Positions 48,401 through 55,500 of a stretch of 64,000 bases of DNA are shown piece after piece. The stretch's first letter is position 1, and each line of letters opens with the position of its first letter. Position numbers and translations under genes: made by a program. Origin of the DNA: a virus; IMG/VR virus record IMGVR_UViG_3300025133_000045, positions 1 through 64,000 of that record; one strand, given 5' to 3'. The notes under the pieces were generated by a model that saw only the letters and a program-made list of their open reading frames with translations, made no database searches and had not been told where the DNA came from.

Positions 48401-48661
48401 GGTTATTTCCGCTTCAGAACCATCATACGGAAAAGTGTCTGTAATTCGATCAAAAGCGTCTTCATAATATTTCTCGGCAGACCCAAAACGAACAAAATTG
48501 TTGGGATCACTATAGTCTATACGAGGTATAAACCTCTCTCTTTCTTCGACTTTGGCCCTTACATTTCTGCCAGACTCAACCTTCTCCGTAACTTTTTGAA
48601 GATCAGAGCTTTTTAAGATTTTATAGGGTGTTCCTTTATCGAATAAGTCTCTAGTTCCCAT
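39422..48661 (-). CDS. Giant baseplate wedge/fibre protein (3079 aa) with LamG-like domains
   Basis: VEFWIK..WNHVGFS..LDEFRYW LamG pattern; YIYKSKGTLKS..LIRCFG wedge (gp7/gpI-like) motif; follows the gp6-like gene and its neighbour. Confidence 0.7.
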   Translation of the reverse strand: MGTRDLFDKGTPYKILKSSDLQKVTEKVESGRNVRAKVEERERFIPRIDYSDPNNFVRFGSAEKYYEDAFDRITDTFPYDGSEAEITEYFNSSSYFDLYIFEKQYPRTTGYVTLGHGTYTQASVVNGWGTPSSAEYIVTKGGPHTASGGMAAGSLGTQFAGANYYDTDIYNTDREYQGLRYGTRASNLRFHLETGVSVEFWIKKNGWDTSLTEKETVFDLWNGEASSSAGYGRLLVYLTASGHGDEGKYPFRVHMASGSSVWDMQFGESITTSSLDGNWNHVGFSFQSSSADAELKAKFFHSGAYIESTASSDMTFGEVTGSLQSFIGGLRTTPSGNAYDSLSMEGSARLSASLDEFRYWKDYRTAEDIGLNFFRQVRGGSNSDVSNAGLGVYYKFNEGATGTDSLDSIVLDYSGRISNGNWVNYPGSLARNTGSAMVSASALAAEFEDPIIRPEYPTLKTRRSDFIQSGSVFDYTNNSTLYNRIPAWIVDEDPGTLKQMLQIVGSYADSLHLQLEEFPRLKDATYASSSNKTIPIANRLVANYGMQAPEIFADASILAEFMSRDEKRNFNLDLGEVKNRIYKNIYNNLIYIYKSKGTLKSFRNLIRCFGVGDEVVRLNLYGNNATYKVRDNYDPVVSRKNYANFNHPDSFSGVVTQQSRSSNPHASNVTFVSGTVGPYIPTTAEIDVIFPKKVGDRGSLSWFSTSFLSSSIFGTHRLKTAGDETCYVQAATADDYSWSLYAVRPDLESSDAYLVFKSNQGATPEFYLTTSAYPNLYDNQRWNFAVRTRNVKYPVADGASGSTAGSATDYDIDDTYLKLELYGVNYESGLLKNEFLLTSSALTASAYLTADHRYYVGAARTNWTGSVVEQSDVRASSLRHWESYLENEAIRAHAKDPRNFGSLRPYRSTFLLQTALTGTWVPEMETLALHWDFDNVTGSDSSGEFLVDDFSSGSTGRFDRYHDNENNPQFARTIGYQYPGQAYNMRTSSTGAVDRAYIDSLRQNAPETLSSQDTISILSRQDDIEFTRDTRPINYYFSFEKSMYGTITQEIMNFFGTVVEFNNLIGDPKNRYRQDYKELEKLRELFFERVGNTPDLDKYIEYYKWIDNSLSVMLQQLVPATADFSDGIRTMVESHALERNKYWNKFPTLEMKVTDPEAAVRGITELKYDWKYGHAPINDNENTNCLWWQDRAERTNIKFDDFAGSAIDSDREKYREVIETYRTGSPGPTLAKSTRTLPTTTYQGSAFALRRFDEIYNFNVDEEKSVKSGPSFTQRKRFGFTRGALSPFASDSLAMIGSIESEKSCNDALVPPEIDKKEVSSKYLFQSGDAGLRGDDYTAEGIGEIYAPFSLYSSSVTTGYQADVPDGAGTMQHIGSVGLDNYHHDVYGGDMEVPMQGPFTEKYVGGNQYRHIGLVADPTLTSSATRPEAWNLGITAGGVLTLQSRRMTTTYANSRRPEASLLRDEVAKRPVNIRNIQMTASDVGAYKTTLPAGTSTDIGPAQTEFISGSLRSNIGNFEHFYDIVQTSGRDINNVYFVDNEGVSSTAIPSTYVTGIVDYARPDRGKHDWVFVERFSAPGGPETAGDANGGYCLDLESGQYSPYNALPYRNLTVRTPLERILLVNHANQFGFFSNVQDRGGSGASTVNAANYSGTGSYQKVNRNTLKRPELSGTTTWGPLAGLPSGDAVTLTASVYDNGYVTHEIPQMELSYAWITASYTGSLSYGHGSPDGLLSTSAGIVSSINFVSSSDFVSYNDSGVRDYGGDYINLAAAADSSVPQTRHLNTNIVEPMTASEAILGHQIVTSSAGSTTPVGYYVNYGDIDTAPDTTTITDSFIQQVNVGVQPVTASVLHDVLIHRDGYYGYPSWKQTRTAEHQLVRYYRKNNTITINHTPGIMRYYTGAPTAASVPGTLMTFGSLLIPPVVDRFGPLQTFTEPPVDKSSKPLQFVLGIQSQVGIETDGTPRMEVKQVVVDASYGNETVRFSNRALEELVSVNPNTIYTAYDRIKEAYLNGALNDPTTPVKEFVSLRYGQVVYPASYNAGMEMIRERQNFKVKFWDTTRAKRTTLGFEKSSSMGAPYNGRFNQLTQSAWALDASQIFSDGVICTASNASSSAGGELQNDYLMVHNGAKQFITASALYARKHMLFATMSTTCITLDNPQTGSVTNTVDPSRRQGDVQIYSGDALWEANRLAGTIKTTIENSVDEAGNTITTAVTSFVSGVREPIDPDYESNMKDAILKSQEYSIIPEFRISEHIDKYLKNGVGDWLADNPRMFEIFGASGTLPQNSSGSDFYKIFSNSDFMRRFETIYTDHVGFKSPAKITLRCKAIKKFLPYDGFYPAQRTLDLASQFSQSYARFVNVKGGIDFASPVTDGVTYPKAALRPFLQPFYSPGIMYNTIKSGIAVDYGMYSGSYEVVNNSGSGGAAEIFMIGRPTSIDGGGRGPGGVASGFDNRVPFEALVSPADYISNMTFVDMEPHPSASMNMTASWDGSGDPLYEMMINNFLAESVNMFLPNGQMSTIISAKENDFKNFQPNKVYAMRIRLRKSYNQERTYEASSGKTTYPIPQVTPEEKANGLRETFTMYSRPTAFGPPLAGRDFATVLTAVPKMDSLQGYNPAYTPPYYDGEAWCDILFKASYPRHTLDEILSDAKILSMRVDGSEWTKAGNGVQDATKPYNSSNVDQYAMQITASINVSGKAKVNSVQYRPDGSPVMVVDDPASTQNVWVIQPKFETPMLNFTSTSGSLRPITEAQGNLTMPANGKTTVPRGMWHQFGLPPDVDDKGIFMEISDIGSDWVRNKVPTFAGGLATDYYQTELLTQGKSYLSLADQMKFNKTGIKLGQIAESFEVSEAIVAIPFIEDGGVRTFFEIPKVTVEAYRLNEKDPDRASMIELPVTTDPALVVGESIKNQLDLMKKYVIPPKFNFMEFDSVDPIAMYIFEFKHTFDRDDLTYMWQNLPPKAASKIEISESTISHPLLTNELMGATGRATGRALQSEVKWMVFKVKQRANWNYYSKVLSRVGGDTDFSFNFKMGGADTEVSNVKYSYNWPYDFFSLVEFANIEAQVDIEDTPPVLNSDFLPEE

Positions 48662-48672
48662 TATTAATAATC

Positions 48673-50268
48673 CTAAATTTGCTGTTCTTCAACTCTAAAC
48701 TTGAACATATCTGGCTGTTCGACCCAAGTCCCAATGGCTCCGTTGTAAAAAGCAAATTTAACCCCATAAGCATAATCACCGTCCAGCATCCCCATATCTA
48801 AGTCAAAGTAGCTTCCGCTCACATCAAAGGAAAGCTGTGTATGTAAGTTGCTTCCTGTCCCATAGGGCACTACCTCCAAATCATCAGCTATTCTATAAAC
48901 CATGTAAGACGCACTTTGAATAATCGTACCTTCGATAGCTGTTGTAGCCTTGGTGTAAATAGTTGGATTCCAATCTTTTTTACGAACATACAATCTAAAG
49001 CGAGCTTTCTCTTTTCTGCTATAGATGGGTTTCAAGTTAGTAATCGCTAGAGCATAATTTGTTGATGGATTGATATTAGACGAGTCCTGCATTTTTGGTT
49101 TAATCGAGCCGGTGTGAAACCTCGTCTTCATGTGATCGCCGTCTACAATCGAACCCGTTGACCACACATCATAAAGGGTAGAAATAGGGGTTGCTGCGGA
49201 AGTTATGGCGACAGAACACGTATAAACGCCCGTTGAATACCATCCACCTGTCGCAAATGTTTCGGCTGCAATCGTAACACCGCCACCAATACTTAACTCC
49301 AACGCCGATGCTGAGGGGGTTGTGTCAGCCGCTGACCCCGAATAAAGACTGACCATAACGGAGCCGGTCTCGCCTACCTCTGGAATATTTTTAAGTTGCC
49401 CTCGGACGTAATTGTATAAAAATAGGGTATTTAAATTGTCAACTCCAGGTGCCAACGAACTACTGTAAGCGAAATCGCCTCGATTGTCCTTCTTGCTGGA
49501 ATCCCACCTGGCTTCTATGATTGGCCTCCGAAAGAAGAATTCAGAACTCCTGCTAAAGAATTTCTTGGTGTAATATGATTTCACTGCTCCTGAAAGATTG
49601 GGAACGGCATATGTGGCGTAGCTCTCATTGTACGCCTCTTGTGTCCCTGTAAGCTTAAGGATCAAGCCATAGTTCAACAAATCTCCATTAACATTACCGT
49701 GATCATTGGCCCACATTTCAACTAATGGCGTAATGTCCTTTTCAAGGTCTTCCGTACCATTGGGAAAATAGATTTTAAAAACCTTGTTTGGGCTGCTATC
49801 ATCGTTGACAAAATCTCCACCTTTATGTTGCCAAGAGCCTGTTAAGCCTCCTCCGTCCCACGTTGCTCCTTGCTTGCCATATGTAAGATCTGTATACTGC
49901 TCCATATCCAGACCAGTCCCTTCCCCCCAACTGCGCGTAACGGCCTGCGCCATCAGATACATATCTCTCGGCACAGTTTGGCTATGCGGAGCGCTAAACA
50001 TTCTCAGATAAAAGCTAACACTGCCACTTCGTGGAATCACGCTCGAACTACGATCCGTCTGAATCTCACTGACTGGGAACTTGATAAGTGCTCGTGTCAA
50101 TTCAGACGACAAGCCTGCCACGGATCCGCTTGCCTCGCCATAGATGGAAAATATTTCCAATACGTCAGCGCCGCCCATGTTTGCGCCCGTTCCACGAGTG
50201 CTTAGATCAGCCTTAAAGGCATTGGTAATCGTAGTATCGGCATTTGCATAATATCTTTTAATGCCCAT
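48673..50268 (-). CDS. Virion structural protein (baseplate-associated)
   Basis: ADTTI..RALIKF..W.EG.G..P.IEARWD pattern; very SGS/TGS-rich. Confidence 0.6.
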   Translation of the reverse strand: MGIKRYYANADTTITNAFKADLSTRGTGANMGGADVLEIFSIYGEASGSVAGLSSELTRALIKFPVSEIQTDRSSSVIPRSGSVSFYLRMFSAPHSQTVPRDMYLMAQAVTRSWGEGTGLDMEQYTDLTYGKQGATWDGGGLTGSWQHKGGDFVNDDSSPNKVFKIYFPNGTEDLEKDITPLVEMWANDHGNVNGDLLNYGLILKLTGTQEAYNESYATYAVPNLSGAVKSYYTKKFFSRSSEFFFRRPIIEARWDSSKKDNRGDFAYSSSLAPGVDNLNTLFLYNYVRGQLKNIPEVGETGSVMVSLYSGSAADTTPSASALELSIGGGVTIAAETFATGGWYSTGVYTCSVAITSAATPISTLYDVWSTGSIVDGDHMKTRFHTGSIKPKMQDSSNINPSTNYALAITNLKPIYSRKEKARFRLYVRKKDWNPTIYTKATTAIEGTIIQSASYMVYRIADDLEVVPYGTGSNLHTQLSFDVSGSYFDLDMGMLDGDYAYGVKFAFYNGAIGTWVEQPDMFKFRVEEQQI

Positions 50269-52067
50269 TATTTAACCGCCCCTTGAATATCAGTTGCTGG
50301 AAATTTAAGCTCCATGCATACGTTATCTGGAACCGTCAAGTACCTACCGTCAGACGACATATTGCTCTTGAATGAATAAGTGGTAGTCGAATAGCTCCCG
50401 CCCTCTTTCTGAATAAACTCTGCGTCATATGTATCGACGACGCCGCGAATCTTATTCAAAATCGAGTAAATATCGGTAATATAGAGCGGCTCACCAAAAT
50501 AACGTGGCTCGTGATAATAACTCGCCAAGGCTCTAGTACACGCTTCCAAAACTTGATATTTATTGAATTCTGGATCTGCGATGACCGCAAACTTAATTCC
50601 AAAATTAACAAAGAGGCCATCAATAATATCAATTGTATCGTGAATCATCTTCACGTTGCCAAGCCATGTTTTTAAATTATCTTTAAGAGGGGCCGTAGCA
50701 TCTGTCAGTGTCCCATTTCTGTTCTCGGAAAGCACGTACATGTTCAAGTTTCTTTTAAAAGAGTCGTTGTCTCTTGCAATCTTGCACCTCTTTATCGCTC
50801 CAAACTGAGCGGGCATCGCATAAGCCATTGATTCATAATCTTGCTTGGTGACCGCCCTGTTCTGTGTGGCGAAATGATCGATTGCTCGCCTTCTTATATC
50901 TTCCAAGGTCGGCCTCGCAATCCCTCCAACAATAGGAGCCTCATTGCTGCACTCGATGGAACCAATCACCGAGGCCCCTGACTGAGAATTCACCTTCGTA
51001 GCGTCTGGAAATTCTACAATCGGCCTGTTAACACTCGTAACTGTCCGTGCTGCCGCGTTTGAATTGGACGACGTATTGACGCGGTATGCAATAACAAGAT
51101 TTGTATTCGAGGGTCCAACACCAAACTTGTCGGTATCGAGTAACTTAGAAGGGTCGAAGGAAGTATCTTGAATAAATGCTCTTCCAGACCTTTCTAGAAC
51201 CAAATTTGATGGCTCAGCAACCGAACTCGTCGATATTTCAGAATCTGAACCATATCCAAACTGAATGTACGCTCTTCCATTTTCTTGTGTGAGCACAAAC
51301 CGACGAGGAACAACAACTGGCTTCATGACGGAGGTTACCTGGTCATTGGCTGTGGCCCCTCGATTGGCCATTTCTCGATAAACCACGTTCTGAGACAAAT
51401 AATCCACCTGAACATACTCGTGACCTTGATCGTCGAAGACTGACAGAACCTCAGCAACTCGGGAATTCGCAAGCTGAATGCGCTTAAATCTCTCAAACCC
51501 GCCTACATTCTTTCTTTCGACGACTATTTTGCCAGAAACAACTTTCCCAACTGTTCTGACGGCATAGCTGGTGGGTACGCCCGTATCGCTGTTCACCCTA
51601 GCTGCCACAACTGGGTTCGTCGTATTGCCAAAGTTAACGTCTTCCATAAGGATGAAGCCTGCTCCACCTGTCGATGATAGCTCTGACCCTCTCTTTAAAA
51701 TCGGCAAATAATCAGTATTTGGACCCAAACCAGTAGAATTGGCCGGAACGATAATATAGAAGTCACAAAACCCAATCGAAGAAGGGCTTCCCACATATTT
51801 ATAGCCCATCTGGCGGGCCTGTCGAATTACATTCGCTCTTTCTGTCGCCGTATCAAAGAAAGATTCGTTTGCCTGGTAGTCCAAGTAAAAAGATAGGCTA
51901 TCTCCCACATAGGAAACCATATCGAGCATTAGAGCGCCAAAGGACGCCTCATTAAAATCTCGGAAAGTTTCGGGATAATATCTTTTGGCGTATTGAGTTA
52001 GCTCATTTTTAATCGAATCAAAGTCGCGAGCAGTGTAGTTGATAGGCGTAATTCTTTTCATGCGCAA
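50268..52067 (-). CDS. Baseplate wedge subunit (T4 gp6 / P2 gpJ-like); likely ATG start 52061
   Basis: YTARDFDSIK..L, LLDM.SYVGD.LSFY.DYQANE, TQNRAVTKQDY. Confidence 0.9.
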   Translation of the reverse strand: MRMKRITPINYTARDFDSIKNELTQYAKRYYPETFRDFNEASFGALMLDMVSYVGDSLSFYLDYQANESFFDTATERANVIRQARQMGYKYVGSPSSIGFCDFYIIVPANSTGLGPNTDYLPILKRGSELSSTGGAGFILMEDVNFGNTTNPVVAARVNSDTGVPTSYAVRTVGKVVSGKIVVERKNVGGFERFKRIQLANSRVAEVLSVFDDQGHEYVQVDYLSQNVVYREMANRGATANDQVTSVMKPVVVPRRFVLTQENGRAYIQFGYGSDSEISTSSVAEPSNLVLERSGRAFIQDTSFDPSKLLDTDKFGVGPSNTNLVIAYRVNTSSNSNAAARTVTSVNRPIVEFPDATKVNSQSGASVIGSIECSNEAPIVGGIARPTLEDIRRRAIDHFATQNRAVTKQDYESMAYAMPAQFGAIKRCKIARDNDSFKRNLNMYVLSENRNGTLTDATAPLKDNLKTWLGNVKMIHDTIDIIDGLFVNFGIKFAVIADPEFNKYQVLEACTRALASYYHEPRYFGEPLYITDIYSILNKIRGVVDTYDAEFIQKEGGSYSTTTYSFKSNMSSDGRYLTVPDNVCMELKFPATDIQGAVK

Positions 52068-52080
52068 GCACCTCTGGGAG

Positions 52081-52088
52081 TAATTAGT
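52081..52088 (-). promoter_or_regulatory. Putative late promoter ACTAATTA
   Basis: Motif between gp25-like and gp6-like genes. Confidence 0.65.
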
Positions 52089-52091
52089 ATC

Positions 52092-52493
52092 TTAAAGAGA
52101 AATAGGTATTGTAAGAACCGCACCAATTTCCAGAGGGACAATACTGTATTCGATACGAATTGACAAAAGGCTGTCAGAAAGAATACCTCCAGCAACAACA
52201 TCCTGCCCATTATTAAAAACAATATTGTTTATCTTGATATAAGGTAGATACTTGATCGTTTGCGCCCTTATTCTGCTTTCTATATTTGAGAGGGTCGCGG
52301 GCACGTATTGCCAGAATAAATAATTTCTAATCCCTACACCAAATTTCCCATCCATAATGCGTTCGCCAGGAGAAGTCAAAACAAGCATTTTAAGATTTTG
52401 TGCTCCCACTCCTTCAAGTGTTTTCAAGAGGGCATAAGGCCCATCTTCATTTGTCACATGTAGCGGTAATTCTGGTGCGTATCCTACAGCCAT
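52092..52493 (-). CDS. Baseplate wedge gp25-like / sheath initiator
   Basis: QNLKMLVLTSPGERIM..FGVGI..YLF..I..Q..KYLPYI motif. Confidence 0.9.
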   Translation of the reverse strand: MAVGYAPELPLHVTNEDGPYALLKTLEGVGAQNLKMLVLTSPGERIMDGKFGVGIRNYLFWQYVPATLSNIESRIRAQTIKYLPYIKINNIVFNNGQDVVAGGILSDSLLSIRIEYSIVPLEIGAVLTIPISL

Positions 52494-52514
52494 TTTGTTT
52501 CTCCTTCGGACATT

Positions 52515-55500
52515 TTAGGGGCAAAGAACCTCATTCTTATCTGTGGGTTTTGGATATTTTCGACGCCACGCGAACCAACGTAGAAAATTGTTTCTTTGTG
52601 ATTTTGGCCTCTCTCCCTTCGTGAGTTTCTTTTTATCAGCTTTTTGCTCATCACTCTCATAAGTAGGATCATTCGAATTATAAAACTGCATGAAAACTCT
52701 TTTTGCTGCTTTTTTCGATTTCTCAAACGTTTTCTGATCCCACGTCCTAAACCCTTTGGCGAAGCTGTACCACTTGCCTCCATTTACAGTCCACCCATCT
52801 TCAACCCAGCCAATAGAGGGCAAAAAGTTATTTATACTGTAAACGGCAAGCCAGGATACCATTTTTTCAAGCGGAACACATATTCCAAAGAGCAGTTTAT
52901 AGGCGTCTGTATTTGCCAACTCATCCAAGATACAGCTTCTGTTGGTCTCATCAAACCCCTCTATGTCGTCTAAAAATTGCTGCAAGGTCTGGTCACTGTT
53001 GGGGTCAACATCCATTTCGTGGGAGGCCAACGGAACCATGTATAAAGTACCTCCATCGCATGGGACCACGAACGACTTTTCTTCGATGATTGGCATTCCC
53101 GTAACCGCGAGTGCGAGGTTACCAGGCAATCTTGTAGCTGGGTATGAGCCCCACTCCTCATCATCGGTATCCAAAGCCGTCGTAAAAACAAGTCGGTAAC
53201 CCAAAGACACATTTTCGAATAACTCAGAGAGCAACATATCTGCTTTATCTGGCTGATTATTTGCCCAATCTATAAAGCTGTCCAGATTTTCCACATCTTT
53301 TGGCCTAGCAGGGAACATGGGGCTGGGCGTGAGCGTATTCGATAATGGTGTAACCCGCAAATACCTTTCTAATCTAAACGGAACAATTTCACCCTCATCG
53401 GTTTCCGCGTAGCCCTTTGCCAAAGGTTCTGTTTTTTCAGGATCAGCAACAGGATCAACCCCATTCCAGACATCCAAAACGCCCGCTTCCAATGACCCTT
53501 GGATAAAAGATGCTGACCCCAAGAAAAGTGACTGAAGATTTGGCACCGGCATTCCCTCGGGATGCAGATTTTCTTCAAACTGTTTGCTCATGCTCTCCAA
53601 CTCGATGAGAACAATTCTACTCAAAAGAGTCAAAATACCGGGCTCATATGTGGCCTTTTCGTGATCCAGGGCTATTTGAACCATCTCGTCTCTTTCTTTA
53701 TTGTATTTTGATTTGTTGAATAAGCCCTTTGGAGGAACAAAGGTTAGCTGCAATTCATTCAGATAATCCATCGCCTCTTGTTCGGAAGGTGTAGGCTCAA
53801 TCATTCCAAGATCTACCTGGCGTCCATACATTTGAACAATCTGCTCCATGAAGCGATAATAGTATTTCTTGCTGGGGCCAAAAACTCCCATCTGTTGGAC
53901 ATCCTCGTCAATGGACTTTACAACATAGTTCGATATTATTTCCCCGAAACACTTTGATCCAAAGACCGCACACACCGGACCACCCCTCAGAAGAACCTCG
54001 ATGGCATAAATTCGAGCAATCGCCATTATACTCGTATCGATACCTGCTTGGGCACCCCTTGTAAGCGCAATATTAAATGGAATATCCTGAGCGCAATCAG
54101 ATCCTGGCTTCGCAAACAATCTCTTGTCGTCTTGATATTTGTTCATGAGTTCCATATAAACATCTTTTAGATCTTCAAACTTACAAATTGGTTCACGAGG
54201 AGCAGTGCCATCAATGGGGTCGCACGCATCCACTTCAGGAACAAATTTATCCATCATCCCAAGCCAACCCCATCGATCTGGATCTCTCAAATAAAAAGGA
54301 GGGTTGTCCGCATTCCCATTAAATCGATTGTATATTTGTTGGTCAAAGCTTTCATCCGGCTCAGGAGGGAGCTTTCGCCCATTCGCCTTAGCAAATTCTT
54401 TATCAACATTTGGACCAGCCATATACGCCTGTATTTGTGTTTGGCTCTCGTCATAACCAAACTGGAAAGGGTCCGGTGGAGGCTGGTCGTCTCCAGCAGC
54501 ATACCCTTCTCCATTCGAAGCCAGCAAAAGAGCAAACTTTCTCATATATACGTCTTGCAAAAAGGGCAATGCATTCCTTAAATTTGTTTTAACCTCGGCC
54601 ACCGCAGCAGCATCATAGCCGGGATAACTTTCTATTACGCTGGTAATGTAGGAGCTAAACGCTTCTTCATCCAACGGATTGTTAACAAGATCTAAATTTA
54701 AAGTTTCCAGTAAAGCCTCGACATCATCAGGGGTGTCGTGTGTAATCCTAAATCTTTGAACCTGTGTCCAGTCTGCGGATAGTTCTCCCTCGGCTTCACC
54801 ATCAACAGATCCGTCTAGATTAAAGGCTGGCATCCCCGTCTTCTCCCAAAGAATGGTCTCTGTTTTATCAACATCGTTCCACACACCCCCTTCCTTTAAG
54901 GCCGTTGCGGCGGTTAGTTTAAAATGATATTGATCCATCGGCTTTTCCGAATAATCTTGATATTCTAAATCGAACCCTTTATACTCAACTGTTTCAGTTA
55001 TTGGCATCAAATTTGTAAAATCAAATCCAGTAACGAGAGTGTAACTTCCATCCGATTCCCATTTTGAACCCTTACATGGAGCAACTGGTGGGACTGGCCT
55101 CATGGGTCGCGGTTCAAAACCTTCAGCAATTTTCAAACTATCTTCAAACCCTATTACTGTCTCATTATATTGCGTAAAATACTTCTGCAAAAGAATAGCA
55201 ACCGTCATTGGATAGCCGCCCTCAGCAAAGCCACTCTTGTAAGCAACCAACTCTATATCTGTATTTTCTCCCGTGCCCACCGCATCTTCGCGACCAGATA
55301 TCTCTCCCCATTCATCCTTCGGAATAGCTGTGTCCCATCCCTGATCGTCGGCCCAATTATCAGTATAGGAACCGCCCATGCCTAGTTCGCTTGCAAGCTG
55401 TGAGCCTCGTCGTCGAACTTTTCGTTCATGCACCTTTATACCAAGACCATTGGAGTCGCTCAGCACCATATCAAAGAACCCTCTCCTGCCAACCAGGTCT

